Made by a program: the position numbers and the translations under genes. The notes beneath the pieces were generated by a model. The model saw nothing but the letters and a program-made list of their open reading frames with translations, did no database searches and was not told the origin of the DNA. Below, in pieces: positions 19,892 to 30,234 of a DNA stretch of 64,000 nt. Position 1 is the stretch's first letter; every line of letters begins with the position of its first letter. The stretch covers positions 11,196-75,195 of the forward strand of contig JAKJDL010000002.1 of NCBI GenBank assembly GCA_022705945.1, in the 5' to 3' direction. The stretch is from Candidatus Omnitrophota bacterium (GTDB lineage: Bacteria > Omnitrophota > Omnitrophia > Omnitrophales > Aquincolibacteriaceae).

Positions 19892-21301
19892 ATGCCGGAT
19901 ATTGAACCTCAGACGCAGCGCAAAAGAAAGGAAACTGTGTTGCCGAGAACCGAATATTTGAACAAAAGGAAAGCCGACCCGAACAAGACTCAAATGCACT
20001 ACGCCCGTAAAAACATCGTGACGGAAGAAATGGTTTTTGTCTCGAAACGGGAAAATCTCGCTCCTGAATTTGTCCGTGATGAGGTCGCGGCCGGGCGGCT
20101 TGTGATTCCCGCGAACATCTTTCACCGTGATCTCGAACCGGTGGGGATCGGAATTAATACCCTTACGAAGATCAACGCGAACATCGGAAACTCAGAACTC
20201 GGGTCCACAATCGAAGAGGAGCTTGAAAAGGTCAGGGTCGCGATTAGATTCGGTGCCGATACGATCATGGATCTTTCCACGGGGCCGCGGCTTAACGAAA
20301 CGCGGACCGCTGTAGTCGGCGCCAGCAAGGTTCCCGTCGGGACCGTTCCGATTTATCAGGCCCTCGAACGGGTCGGAGGAAGGCCCGAGGCGCTCACGCC
20401 GGACCTCATGTTTGAAGTGATCGAATATCAGGCCAGGCAGGGGGTCGATTTTATGACGATCCACGCGGGCGTTTTGCTGGAACATGTGGAGCTTGTGAAA
20501 AGCCGTGTGACCGGGATCGTAAGCCGCGGGGGAGCGATCCTGGCGCGATGGTGCCAGGATCATGGCAAAGAAAATTTTCTTTATACGGAATTTAACCGGC
20601 TGCTTGAGATCTGTAAAAAATACGACATCACGCTCAGTTTGGGCGACGGGATGCGGCCGGGGTGTCTCGCGGACGCTTCGGATAAAGCCCAGTTCAAGGA
20701 ACTCGATACGCTTGGAGAATTGACGCTCAAGGCATGGGAGCAGGATGTGCAGGTTATGATCGAGGGGCCGGGCCATGTTCCGATGGACCAGATCCCGATG
20801 AACATTGAAAGGCAGATCAGGGTCTGTCACGGCGCGCCCTTTTACGTGCTCGGGCCGCTGGTGACGGATATTGCGCCGGGCTATGACCACATTACGTCTG
20901 CGATAGGGGCCGCGATCGCCGCCTGGCACGGAGCCGCCATGCTTTGTTATGTAACACCCTGCGAGCATCTTCGGCTTCCGAACCTTGAAGACGTCAAGCA
21001 GGGGGTAATTGCCTATAAGATCGCCGCCCATGCGGCGGATATTGCCCGCAAACGGCCGGGAGCGCGTGACCGGGATGATGAGCTCGCGCGGGCGAGATTC
21101 GCTTTTGATTGGGAAAAGCAGTTCAACTTGTCGTTGGATCCCGAAAATGCCCGAAAGATGCATGATGAGGGGTTGCCGCAGGGAACGACGCGAAAGGAAG
21201 AATTCTGTTCCATGTGCGGGGAAGGTTTTTGCGCGATGAGACTTTCCAGGGGGCTTGATGAAAGTAAGAATCAATGCCCGAAAACGGAAACGCATGAATA
21301 A
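19892..21301 (+). CDS. thiC: Phosphomethylpyrimidine synthase ThiC
   Basis: Conserved ThiC core (…[24 protein letters not shown]…) and C-terminal [11 protein letters not shown] cluster motif. The start is taken at the ATG at 19892, after the upstream gene's stop. Confidence 0.85.
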   Translation: MPDIEPQTQRKRKETVLPRTEYLNKRKADPNKTQMHYARKNIVTEEMVFVSKRENLAPEFVRDEVAAGRLVIPANIFHRDLEPVGIGINTLTKINANIGNSELGSTIEEELEKVRVAIRFGADTIMDLSTGPRLNETRTAVVGASKVPVGTVPIYQALERVGGRPEALTPDLMFEVIEYQARQGVDFMTIHAGVLLEHVELVKSRVTGIVSRGGAILARWCQDHGKENFLYTEFNRLLEICKKYDITLSLGDGMRPGCLADASDKAQFKELDTLGELTLKAWEQDVQVMIEGPGHVPMDQIPMNIERQIRVCHGAPFYVLGPLVTDIAPGYDHITSAIGAAIAAWHGAAMLCYVTPCEHLRLPNLEDVKQGVIAYKIAAHAADIARKRPGARDRDDELARARFAFDWEKQFNLSLDPENARKMHDEGLPQGTTRKEEFCSMCGEGFCAMRLSRGLDESKNQCPKTETHE

Positions 21302-22358
21302 CAAAAATATTTTTTTTCGAAAAAAAACGCGACCGGTCAAGGTGGGCCCCTACATCCTTGGCGATGGCCAGCCGATCCGGGTGCAGTCCATGGCCAAAGT
21401 CCATACCCGTGACGAGCAGGCCGTGATCGATCAGGCGGCGCGGCTTGAGGCGGCAGGCTGTGAGATTATCCGCGTAGCATGTGCGACGGAAGAAGATATC
21501 AAGGCTCTTGGAAAGATCCGGGCAAAGATCCGGAACCCGCTTGTGGCGGATATTCATTTTAATTACCGCTTCGCTCTCGAAGCGATCGAACAGGGAGTTG
21601 ATAAACTCCGGATCAATCCCGGGAATATCGGGAACGAAGAACGCGTGGCCGAGGTCGTTGAAAAGGCGAAAAAACACCGTATTCCGATCCGCATCGGAGT
21701 GAACTCCGGCTCTCTTGAAAAAGACCTGATGCAAAAGTTCGGCCCCACCCCGGAAGCGCTTGTTGAAAGCGCCCGCCGTCATGTTGCGATTCTTGAAAAA
21801 CATGAGTTTCGCGATATCGTCATTTCCCTTAAAGCCACGGATGTCCCAACCATGATCGGGGCTTACCGGCTCGCAAGCGAAAAGTTCGAATACCCGCTCC
21901 ACCTCGGCGTGACGGAGGCCGGAACGCTTGTCCGCGGAAGCGTTTATAATGCCATCGGTATCGGAACGCTTCTGCAGGAGGGGATCGGTGACACGATCCG
22001 CGTGTCGCTTACGGCGGACCCTGTGGAAGAGGTCAAGGTCGCGAAAATGATCCTTGAATCGCTTGAGCTTCGGAAAGGAGTCCGTGTTATTTCATGCCCC
22101 ACCTGCGGCCGTTCGGAGGTCGATACGGCAAAACTCGCGCGTGAAGTTGAAGATCGGGCATCGGGACTTGAAGGTCCGCTTACGATCGCGGTGATGGGAT
22201 GCGTTGTGAACGGCCCCGGCGAAGCTAAGGGGGCGGATTTTGCTATCACAGGCGGCAAGGGCACAGGGATGATCTATGTGAACGGGGAGCAGGTCAAAGT
22301 TGCTCCCGAATCCGAGCTTGTCGATGAACTTTTTAAGGAGATCCGAAAACGGATCTGA
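21294..22358 (+). CDS. ispG: 4-hydroxy-3-methylbut-2-enyl-diphosphate synthase IspG (GcpE)
   Basis: N-terminal …[28 protein letters not shown]… and C-terminal [10 protein letters not shown] Fe-S motif. The ATG overlaps the thiC stop (ATGAATAA). Confidence 0.85.
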   Translation: MNNKNIFFRKKTRPVKVGPYILGDGQPIRVQSMAKVHTRDEQAVIDQAARLEAAGCEIIRVACATEEDIKALGKIRAKIRNPLVADIHFNYRFALEAIEQGVDKLRINPGNIGNEERVAEVVEKAKKHRIPIRIGVNSGSLEKDLMQKFGPTPEALVESARRHVAILEKHEFRDIVISLKATDVPTMIGAYRLASEKFEYPLHLGVTEAGTLVRGSVYNAIGIGTLLQEGIGDTIRVSLTADPVEEVKVAKMILESLELRKGVRVISCPTCGRSEVDTAKLAREVEDRASGLEGPLTIAVMGCVVNGPGEAKGADFAITGGKGTGMIYVNGEQVKVAPESELVDELFKEIRKRI

Positions 22359-22413
22359 AAGTTTGCACATTGTCAGAACCCTTCCGGCATCGGCAAGTGG
22401 GAAAAATTCCGAA

Positions 22414-23484
22414 ATGAATCTCCGGGAAATCCAGAATAAAATTCAAAGGGGACAACGCCTCGGCCTTGAAGACGGCGCGGCTCTTTTTGAAAGCAACGAC
22501 ATCATCCGGATCGGAAAACTTGCCCACGCGGCACGCCACAAGCTTCATGGAAGGCGGGTTTATTATTCCGTCAATTATCATTTAAATCACACCAATATTT
22601 GTAAAACAGGCTGCGATTTTTGCGCGTTTTCCCGAAAAGGGAGCGAAAGCGATGCCTATACGCTCTCGATTGATGAAATAGAAAATAAAATTGAAAAAGC
22701 CGTTTCGAAATGGGGAGTCAACGAAGTTCATATGGTCGGGGGACATAATCCGGCGCTGGGTTTTGAGTATTACCGGGAACTTTTCTCCAGGATACGGAGC
22801 CGTTTCCCGGTCCTGTTTATCAAGGCGCTCACTGCGTCCGAAATCCACGATATTTCAGAGCGTTCCGGAATACCCGTTGAAGAAGTCCTGAAGGGACTGC
22901 GCGAGGCGGGGCTGAATAGTTTGCCGGGCGGAGGCGCGGAGATTTTCGATCCCGAGATACGGAGAAGAATATGTCCCGGGAAAATTTCCGGTGATGAATG
23001 GCTCCGGATCCACAGGACGGCGCATCGGATCGGGATCCCGACGAACGCAACGATGCTTTACGGCCACCTCGAAAAAGCGCATGATCGTGTGGAACACATG
23101 TTACGGTTACGGGCCCTCCAGGATGAAACGAAGGGATTCCGGGCATTTGTACCGATAGCATTTCGTTCTCCCAAGTCCGGGACCGATGCCGGGATCCGGG
23201 CCTGCGGCAGCGTTGATGATGGTTTTTTGCATTTGAAAGTGCTTTCGATTGCGCGTCTTATGTTGGATAATATCCCGCATCTCAGGGTGCATTGGCCGGC
23301 GACGGATCTTAAGTTTGCCCAGGCGGCGCTTTCATTCGGGCCGGATCATATTGGCGGGACTAATCTAAATGAAAAAGTTATCCGGGATGCGGGAGGGTCC
23401 GCGGCGGAAGGCTTAAGTTCCGGCGATCTTGTCCGATTTATCAGGGAAGCCGGTTTTGAGCCCGTTGAGATACAAGGCGCTTAA
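22414..23484 (+). CDS. Radical-SAM enzyme of the MqnC/MqnE (futalosine-pathway menaquinone) / CofH family
   Basis: Motif …NYHLNHTNICKTGCDFCAFSR… (Cx3Cx2C in the family-typical context). Approximately 356 aa from the ATG at 22414. I cannot separate MqnC from MqnE from sequence alone. Confidence 0.6.
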   Translation: MNLREIQNKIQRGQRLGLEDGAALFESNDIIRIGKLAHAARHKLHGRRVYYSVNYHLNHTNICKTGCDFCAFSRKGSESDAYTLSIDEIENKIEKAVSKWGVNEVHMVGGHNPALGFEYYRELFSRIRSRFPVLFIKALTASEIHDISERSGIPVEEVLKGLREAGLNSLPGGGAEIFDPEIRRRICPGKISGDEWLRIHRTAHRIGIPTNATMLYGHLEKAHDRVEHMLRLRALQDETKGFRAFVPIAFRSPKSGTDAGIRACGSVDDGFLHLKVLSIARLMLDNIPHLRVHWPATDLKFAQAALSFGPDHIGGTNLNEKVIRDAGGSAAEGLSSGDLVRFIREAGFEPVEIQGA

Positions 23485-23553
23485 CGGCGTTTAACGGAGC
23501 GCATGTTTCGCGCCGGGATATGGCAAACCGAAAATTTTAATGGGATATGATTT

Positions 23554-24030
23554 ATGACGGAAAAAGTCGTTGTGACTAAACAGGGCTACGAAAAAATGCT
23601 CGCGGATCTCAAGATCCTTAAAACCACGAAACGCCGTGAAGTTGCGGATCAACTTGAAAAAGCGCGGGCGTTCGGTGATTTGAGCGAAAACGCGGAATAC
23701 GAGACTGCCAAGGAAGCTAAGCACCAGCTTGAGATCCGTATCGGCGAGCTCGAACGGAAGGTGGCGCATGTCCGGGTCGTGGATATGAATGATATCCCGA
23801 AGGACAAGGCTTACCTGGGAGCGGCCGTCAAGGTCCGGAACCTTGACACCGGGGATGTTTTTCAATACATTCTTGTTCCTCAGGATGAGGCGGATTTTGA
23901 TCAAGGCAAGATATCCGTTACTTCGCCGGTCGGGAAAGGTCTTTTGGGGAAAGCATTGAACGAAGAAGCTGTGATTCAAGTCCCTGCCGGAACGATCAAA
24001 CTTAAGATCATGGAGATCAAATATGAATAA
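23554..24030 (+). CDS. greA: Transcription elongation factor GreA
   Basis: 158 aa. N-terminal coiled coil with …FGDLSENAEYETAKEAK…. C-terminal FKBP-like domain. Confidence 0.8.
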   Translation: MTEKVVVTKQGYEKMLADLKILKTTKRREVADQLEKARAFGDLSENAEYETAKEAKHQLEIRIGELERKVAHVRVVDMNDIPKDKAYLGAAVKVRNLDTGDVFQYILVPQDEADFDQGKISVTSPVGKGLLGKALNEEAVIQVPAGTIKLKIMEIKYE

Positions 24031-24841
24031 ATTTGCTACTTTTTTTGCAGCGCCTTTAACCGCGTTTTTCATGCCCGGGGTCTATCGCGACGCTTCGAAG
24101 AAAAATACGGGCCGCGCTATTCTTTACTTGGCATACCTGGCATTCCTGAGCGCCGTTCTGTCAATGGCGCTCATCTCATCCGTTGTCACGCCGAAGGGCG
24201 ATCAGCTTTTCCAGTGGATCGCGCAAAATGTTCCGCCCATGGTCTGGACAGCCGAAGGGCTCTCTATGGAAAAGCCTGACATTCAGCAACCCTATGTGCT
24301 GAAACATCCGGAATACGGCGACCTTGCGGTTTTCAATATGAACCAGGTTAATGTAACGAATGCGAACCTCGGCAGAGCGTATATTTATGTCACTTCCAAG
24401 AAGGTCTTTTTCAGAAGTTCCCCCGGGACCCTCGACAGCCGGAGCGTTATTCCCGAAGTGAGGCCCGGGCAACAGCTTCCGCAGAAGGTGCGGCTTACCG
24501 GCGAACTGATCTTGAAGTTCTACCAGAACATGAAGAGGGCGGTCACGACGATCATTCCCGTCATTCTTTTTATCGTCTTCTTCTTCCTGTATCTTTTCTG
24601 GAATCTGCTCTACTCGCTCATCGGACTTCTTCTGAACCTGCTCCGGAAAAACAAGCTTTCTTACGGGGCGATCTTCCACCTGACATGTTTCGCGACGACG
24701 ACGGGGCTCACTCTGACGTGGGCCAAGCTGTTTCCCCCGTTGCGTTCGATCCCGTGGCCCGTGATCCTGGCGGTGCTGGTCAACATTACCTACATATTCT
24801 TTGCTTTGAAAATTACTGACCGGGAATCGACGAAAGCGTAA
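24023..24841 (+). CDS. Hypothetical polytopic membrane protein
   Basis: 272 aa with several TM segments. Overlaps the greA stop. No motif I can name. Confidence 0.4.
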   Translation: MNKFATFFAAPLTAFFMPGVYRDASKKNTGRAILYLAYLAFLSAVLSMALISSVVTPKGDQLFQWIAQNVPPMVWTAEGLSMEKPDIQQPYVLKHPEYGDLAVFNMNQVNVTNANLGRAYIYVTSKKVFFRSSPGTLDSRSVIPEVRPGQQLPQKVRLTGELILKFYQNMKRAVTTIIPVILFIVFFFLYLFWNLLYSLIGLLLNLLRKNKLSYGAIFHLTCFATTTGLTLTWAKLFPPLRSIPWPVILAVLVNITYIFFALKITDRESTKA

Positions 24842-24902
24842 CTCAAGACGGGCAAGTTGTTGCAAAAGAGGGGCGGTTCTCCTTGAGGACAGCCCCTCTT
24901 CG

Positions 24903-25799
24903 TTAAAGGGAAGATTCGCTCGGGGGCGTTGGGGAGGTTTCGGCGACCCCGGCTCTTGTTTCCAGATAAGAAATTACCGTCGCGCTCAGGATGATCAGGA
25001 AGATACCGAGCAGTGTTTTCCACGTCAGGGGATCCCTCCACAAAAGCCAGCCTAGCAGGAACGAGATCACGGGGTGCAGGTATTGAAACGGGGTGACCAC
25101 ATAAGAAGGCGCCTGCTGCAACGAGGTCGTCATCCAGAGCTGCCCGTAGAAAGAGAAGATCACGACCCCCGCAATCAGGACCCATTCCCTGAGGTCAGGC
25201 CAGACCCAGTGACGAAGGAAAAACATGGAACCGGCGGTGGCGATCAACGTGAAATAAAATATGATCGTCAAAGGTGATTCCCTGCGCCTGATTGTCCGGA
25301 TCGATACGTAGGCGACCGCCGCAAAAACTGAAGAAAGGATGGCGAGCCAGATCTCGGGCTGCCATCCGTTTCGCGCGGATGAATTCAGCAATATCACGCC
25401 CCCGAAGGCCGTGAAGATCATAAACCATACCAGCACCCCGGGTTTTTCCTTGAGAAAAAAAACAGCGAGAATAACGGCGAAGATGGGCGCTGTGTAATTA
25501 AGCATGACCGCAAGACCGAGATCCAGTTTGGAGATTGTGTAGAAATGAAGGATCAATGCTAGAAAGCCGCTCACGCCGCGCAGGATAAGCTTGAGACGCT
25601 CCTGTCCCCAAACGGAAGCGCCGCTTTTTATGAGGAAAAACAACGTGATGAGCATACCGAAGAAACTCCGGAAGAAAACCACCTCGATCGACGGGAGTCT
25701 TTCGGTGACAAGTTTGACGCAGAGCGCCATAAGCGCGAACGCCACCGCGCTCAGACTCATGGATCGAATACCGGAGATGTAGGGATGGGAATGTGTCAT
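24903..25799 (-). CDS. EamA/DMT-family transporter
   Basis: 298 aa with about 10 TM segments and the two-repeat architecture typical of EamA. Confidence 0.6.
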   Translation of the reverse strand: MTHSHPYISGIRSMSLSAVAFALMALCVKLVTERLPSIEVVFFRSFFGMLITLFFLIKSGASVWGQERLKLILRGVSGFLALILHFYTISKLDLGLAVMLNYTAPIFAVILAVFFLKEKPGVLVWFMIFTAFGGVILLNSSARNGWQPEIWLAILSSVFAAVAYVSIRTIRRRESPLTIIFYFTLIATAGSMFFLRHWVWPDLREWVLIAGVVIFSFYGQLWMTTSLQQAPSYVVTPFQYLHPVISFLLGWLLWRDPLTWKTLLGIFLIILSATVISYLETRAGVAETSPTPPSESSL

Positions 25800-25891
25800 C
25801 AGATTCGGGGCACCGGGTGGTGACAGGCGAATGTTAACAGCCGTCTTCTTCTAAAATTTGTTTTCTCCGTATTTTGCCATTCTTCGCCTTG

Positions 25892-26926
25892 TCAGGGTTT
25901 GACGATGATTTTTCCGAAATTCTCGCGACGCATCATGCGTGCAAGCGCCTGACGGGTTTGGCGAAGAGGGAAGACCTTGTCTACGACGGGGCGGAGGCGG
26001 CCCTTTTTGACCCATTGGACAATGCTTTTGAGCTCCTTCAGCCCTCCCATATAACAACCCAGGACCGAAAGCTGTTTCATGTAAAGATATCGAAGATCGA
26101 TCGTGACGTTCCTTCCGGCCGTGGCGCCGCATGTGAGCAACCGGCCTTTTTTGCCGAGGCAAGAAATGTTTTTTGTGAACATTTCCCCTCCGATATGGTC
26201 AAAGACCACATCCGCTCCCCGGGCCTTGGTCATTTTCATGACTTCGGAAGAAAAATCCTTTTCCGAATAATTGATAATATCATCCGGTTTTAAAGATCTG
26301 GCGTATTTGATTTTTTCCGCGCTTCCGACCGTTGTGATGACACGACAGCGTTTGAGTCTGGCGATTTGAATCGCCGCGCTCCCGATGCCGCTGCCGGCGG
26401 CATGAATGAGTACAGTTTCCTTTTTCTTAAGCTGGCCGCGGGTGATCAGCATGTGCCACGCGGTCAAAAAAACAAGAGGGATTGAGGCCCACTCTTCCAT
26501 CGACAGATGTTTGGTGACCGGCAAGATATTTTTTGCCGGCACCCTGACGTATTCGGCAAATCCGCCGTTCACCTGGAATCCGAGAATTTTGTAGGAAGGG
26601 CACATACTGTCCCATCCTTCCTTGCAATAACGGCATTTTCCGCAGGAGATACCCGGCGAGACGATGACGGGGCGGTGAAGAGGGACCGATCCCGCCCTTG
26701 AGCCTTTCTCGACCACTTCGCCGGCAACATCGCATCCGAGGATGTGCGGCATGGAGATCCTGGTTTTGGGTAATCCGCTCAGATTCCAAAGGTCAAGGTG
26801 ATTGACCGAAGCGGCATGGACCTTGACCAGAACATCTTTTTCCCCGATTTCCGGGAGGGGGACATAATCTTCCTTCAACTGTTCAAGACCGCCATGGTGT
26901 CTAAAAATAACCGCCCGCATTTTCAT
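25892..26926 (-). CDS. Zinc-type alcohol dehydrogenase / quinone oxidoreductase (MDR superfamily)
   Basis: GroES-like N-terminal domain plus a Rossmann segment with GAGSGIGSAAIQIA. Confidence 0.7.
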   Translation of the reverse strand: MKMRAVIFRHHGGLEQLKEDYVPLPEIGEKDVLVKVHAASVNHLDLWNLSGLPKTRISMPHILGCDVAGEVVEKGSRAGSVPLHRPVIVSPGISCGKCRYCKEGWDSMCPSYKILGFQVNGGFAEYVRVPAKNILPVTKHLSMEEWASIPLVFLTAWHMLITRGQLKKKETVLIHAAGSGIGSAAIQIARLKRCRVITTVGSAEKIKYARSLKPDDIINYSEKDFSSEVMKMTKARGADVVFDHIGGEMFTKNISCLGKKGRLLTCGATAGRNVTIDLRYLYMKQLSVLGCYMGGLKELKSIVQWVKKGRLRPVVDKVFPLRQTRQALARMMRRENFGKIIVKP

Positions 26927-27041
26927 GGATCGAGCCTCCCGTAAGCGTTTAAACGGAAAGTAGAGTGATAAAGAGTCTGCTTTTGATTCCCGGCACTGAA
27001 AAGCAAGTATAACAAAAAAAATCCGTCTCCCATGCCTTTTT

Positions 27042-27070
27042 TATTGAAGGTGACGGGGGGGTGCTATAAT
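27042..27070 (+). promoter_or_regulatory. Putative sigma70-type promoter, TTGAAG-17 nt-TATAAT, immediately upstream of the nth start
   Basis: TTGAAG at 27042-27047 and TATAAT at 27065-27070. The ATG of the preferred nth start is 7 nt downstream, implying a leaderless or very short-leader mRNA. Confidence 0.25.
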
Positions 27071-27076
27071 ACGGGT

Positions 27077-27724
27077 ATGCGGGAATCCCTTCGGGAAACA
27101 AAGATCCGGGCATTGAAAATATTTCGGCGTCTGAAGAAAACATATCCGAACATTCAGTGTCCGATCCATCATTCAAGCCCATGGGAGCTGGTGGTTGCCA
27201 CGATCCTTTCAGCCCAATGCACGGATAAAATGGTTAATAAGGTAACCCCGTCCCTTTTTAGGAAATACCGGAAAATCCGGGATTATGCCGATGCGGTTCC
27301 GGAGGATATCGGCCGTCTTATCCGCCCGACCGGTTTTTACAGGAACAAAGCTAAAAACATCATCAAGGCGGCAAAAATAATTTGTCAAAAGTTCCGCGGA
27401 AAAGTTCCCGACACTATGGAGGAGCTCATCACGCTTCCCGGGGTCGGAAGGAAAACCGCGAATGTTGTGCTTGGAAATGCTTTTGGTGTTCCGGGTCTTT
27501 CGGTTGACACCCATATGATACGTCTGAACCGCCTTCTTGGTTTTACCCGGCACAAAGATCCCGTTAAAATCGAATTTGATCTTATGAAAATAGTGCCCCG
27601 GAAAAACTGGACAAAATTTTCGGATCTCATTATTCGCCACGGAAGGGCAAGATGCCATGCCCGGCGGCCGGACTGTGCCCGTTGCGAGATTACGGGGTTT
27701 TGCCCCTCAAGATTCAAGGTTTGA
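27077..27724 (+). CDS. nth: Endonuclease III (Nth), HhH-GPD DNA glycosylase with a [4Fe-4S] cluster
   Basis: HhH motif LPGVGRKTANVVL. C-terminal Cx6Cx2Cx5C cluster (CHARRPDCARCEITGFC). The start is chosen to match the canonical N-terminal length. Confidence 0.8.
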   Translation: MRESLRETKIRALKIFRRLKKTYPNIQCPIHHSSPWELVVATILSAQCTDKMVNKVTPSLFRKYRKIRDYADAVPEDIGRLIRPTGFYRNKAKNIIKAAKIICQKFRGKVPDTMEELITLPGVGRKTANVVLGNAFGVPGLSVDTHMIRLNRLLGFTRHKDPVKIEFDLMKIVPRKNWTKFSDLIIRHGRARCHARRPDCARCEITGFCPSRFKV

Positions 27725-27785
27725 ATGAAAAATCCGAAATTTCTACTATGCGATATGTCAAAAAAGATCGTCTGTCTGAAATCTT

Positions 27786-29558
27786 ATGACCAAACATCCT
27801 CCTGAGGGACTTGTCCAGCGCCCCGACAGCTATTTCCGGCGCAAACAACGACAGATACAGTTTTACCTGACGACGACTTTCCGGCTTCACTTTGTCCATT
27901 TCCTGCTCTGTTTCTTGATTATTGGCGCTCATATGGCGGTTATGTATTCGCCCATTATGATGCGTTTTGAATACGTTGTTCTGGACTTTTTTTTCCGTAA
28001 CAGGTCGCCGATCCATCAACATCCCGCCATTACGCATATTGATATAGCCGAAGATAGCCTTCAGGCGCTTGGGCGTTGGCCCTGGCCGCGGCACAATCAC
28101 GCGGCCCTTGCGCGTATTTTGAGGGAATGGGGAGCTCAAGAAGTTGTTTTTGACGTTATTTTCAGCGAACCAAGCACCTCGTTTGATGATGAAGCGATGA
28201 TCGAATCATTGCAAGAAGCAGGCAATGTTTATCTGCCATTGATGCTGGAAAGCTTCGGGAAAGACAAAAAATGGATTCGTCCGCTTCCGGAGTTCCGAAA
28301 GGCAATGAAAGGAACCGGGCACATCAACATTTCTCCCGATTCTGACGGAGCCATACGGAGAGTCACTCCTTTTGTTGAACATGATCGGGAAACCCACCCC
28401 TACATTGCCGTTCGAGTTGCTTACGATTATCTCGGGGAATCGCTTCCTGAAGCGGGATCACTACCGTTCCCGACCGATTCCAAAGGAGACATCATGATCA
28501 ACTGGGCGGGAAAGTGGCGCGAAACCTTTACGCACCTTTCTTTTGTTGATGTGATCAAAAGTTATGCCGCTCTCAAGCGGGGTGAAGAACCGGTTATTTC
28601 TCCGGAACAAATAAAAGGCAAGATCTGTGTAATCGGGCTTACGGCAGTCGGATTAACGGATATCAAGGCCAACCCGCTTGAAGAGACTTACCCGGCGGTA
28701 GGGGTGCAGACCAATATTATCAACAGTATTTTGACCAAGCAATTTGTCCATCCGGCCTCCAAAAATGTCAACAGATTGTGTCTTCTGGTCGTAGGGGTGC
28801 TTGTTTCGCTGATTTTTATTTTTTTTCGGCAGGTTTTTTCTTTTATCGTAGGTTTGGCGGGAGCCGGGGTGTGGTTTGCGTTTACTTTTGCGATGTTTTC
28901 TGTCCGGGGGATCTGGCTGTTTGCTTTAAACCCAATGTTGATGGTTTTTTCTCTGTTTATTTTTTCCGCGGTATTTTCCATGACCATAGGCCGCCGCGAG
29001 CAGGAAAGACTTTTTAATCTGGCAACCCGGGATGGGCTGACCGGATTATATGTTATCCGGCATTTTCGGATGCTGCTGAATGAGGCTGTTGTTGAAGCGC
29101 GGAGGAAAAAAGAGCCTCTTTCTCTGATCCTGACTGACCTGGACCACTTCAAGAAGATCAACGATACTTACGGACACGTTGCGGGAGATGCCGTGCTGAG
29201 ACGGCTTTCCGCGCTGATGACCGAGGTTTTTGCGAGCGAGAACAGCAAGAAAAAAGAACGATGCCCGATCAGCAGGTATGGTGGCGAGGAATTTATCATC
29301 ATGGTCAAAAACTGCCCGTTGATTGATGCCGCATTTAATTTTGGTGAAAAGCTGAGGAAGCGGATCGAGCAGGAAGAGTTCATCTATGAGGGAAAGCACA
29401 TTCCTCTAACCATCAGTATCGGAGTTTCTTCTTTAGCGGAAAAAGAGAATGTTCCGGACTTGATGGTTCATCGGGCCGATGAGGCTCTTTATCGCGCGAA
29501 GAACGAAGGACGTAACCGGACGTGTATTGAAAAAGAGACCGGGGAAGCAGCATCCTGA
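27786..29558 (+). CDS. CHASE2 sensor-domain diguanylate cyclase (GGDEF)
   Basis: N-terminal periplasmic CHASE2-like region (…LGRWPWPRHNHAALARIL…) flanked by TM segments. C-terminal GGDEF domain with GGEEF and the DHFKKINDTYGH segment. Confidence 0.75.
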   Translation: MTKHPPEGLVQRPDSYFRRKQRQIQFYLTTTFRLHFVHFLLCFLIIGAHMAVMYSPIMMRFEYVVLDFFFRNRSPIHQHPAITHIDIAEDSLQALGRWPWPRHNHAALARILREWGAQEVVFDVIFSEPSTSFDDEAMIESLQEAGNVYLPLMLESFGKDKKWIRPLPEFRKAMKGTGHINISPDSDGAIRRVTPFVEHDRETHPYIAVRVAYDYLGESLPEAGSLPFPTDSKGDIMINWAGKWRETFTHLSFVDVIKSYAALKRGEEPVISPEQIKGKICVIGLTAVGLTDIKANPLEETYPAVGVQTNIINSILTKQFVHPASKNVNRLCLLVVGVLVSLIFIFFRQVFSFIVGLAGAGVWFAFTFAMFSVRGIWLFALNPMLMVFSLFIFSAVFSMTIGRREQERLFNLATRDGLTGLYVIRHFRMLLNEAVVEARRKKEPLSLILTDLDHFKKINDTYGHVAGDAVLRRLSALMTEVFASENSKKKERCPISRYGGEEFIIMVKNCPLIDAAFNFGEKLRKRIEQEEFIYEGKHIPLTISIGVSSLAEKENVPDLMVHRADEALYRAKNEGRNRTCIEKETGEAAS

Positions 29559-29570
29559 AATGAGAGGATC

Positions 29571-29708
29571 ATGCCGGGGTTAGATGGTTTCAAGACTTGC
29601 AAGAGGCTCAAGGAAATGGAAGAGACCCGCTCTATTCCCGTATTCTTTTTTACGGCCCCCCGGGATGGCACGATTCATTCCGGGGCGGAATCGGCCGTCG
29701 CCGGCTGA
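29571..29708 (+). pseudogene. Remnant of a response-regulator receiver domain (central segment only), in frame with and just downstream of the GGDEF gene stop
   Basis: Translation MPGLDGFKTCKRLKEMEETRSIPVFFFTAP resembles the receiver (REC) consensus …MPGMDGFELCRRLKE…IPVIFLTA. It has no N-terminal phospho-acceptor region and ends after about 45 codons. Confidence 0.3.
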
Positions 29709-29872
29709 TTCAAAAGCTCCGCGTTGAGCAACCGATCGAAACGGTTTCCGGGTTTTTCGAACAAGAATTTGCGGAAAAGCCCCCGGCTGGACAGGCCCTG
29801 GCCCTCAGTGTATAGTATGGCCGAAGCGCTTAACATTCCGGCCCCACCATTTACTGAATTGAGGAGATTGGT

Positions 29873-30202
29873 ATGAGCAAAGAAAAAGTTTTTACGGATG
29901 CAAATTTTCAAACGGAAGTCCTTCAATCCAAACAACCCGTCCTTGTCGATTTTTGGGCGGAATGGTGCGGGCCTTGCCGGATGCTGGGGCCTGTGGTGGA
30001 GCGCATTGCCCAGGCGAACGCGGATCGCGTGATCGTTGGCAAAATGAATGTTGATGAGAACCCGAACACTCCCTCGCAGTACGGCATCCAGGGTATTCCG
30101 ACCATGATTCTTTTCCATAACGGACAGCCGGTCAAGCAAATGGTCGGTTATCAGTCCCAGGACAAGATCCAGGCAACGATTGATGAGGTCTTGCCGAGGT
30201 AA
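29873..30202 (+). CDS. trxA: Thioredoxin
   Basis: WAEWCGPC active site. 109 aa. Confidence 0.85.
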   Translation: MSKEKVFTDANFQTEVLQSKQPVLVDFWAEWCGPCRMLGPVVERIAQANADRVIVGKMNVDENPNTPSQYGIQGIPTMILFHNGQPVKQMVGYQSQDKIQATIDEVLPR

Positions 30203-30234
30203 GACTTTCCCCGACAATTCGAAGATCACCTTCC

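Noticed and set aside
20192-21340. 382-aa minus-strand ORF antisense to thiC
   Set aside because: It is entirely nested within a highly conserved gene on the opposite strand.
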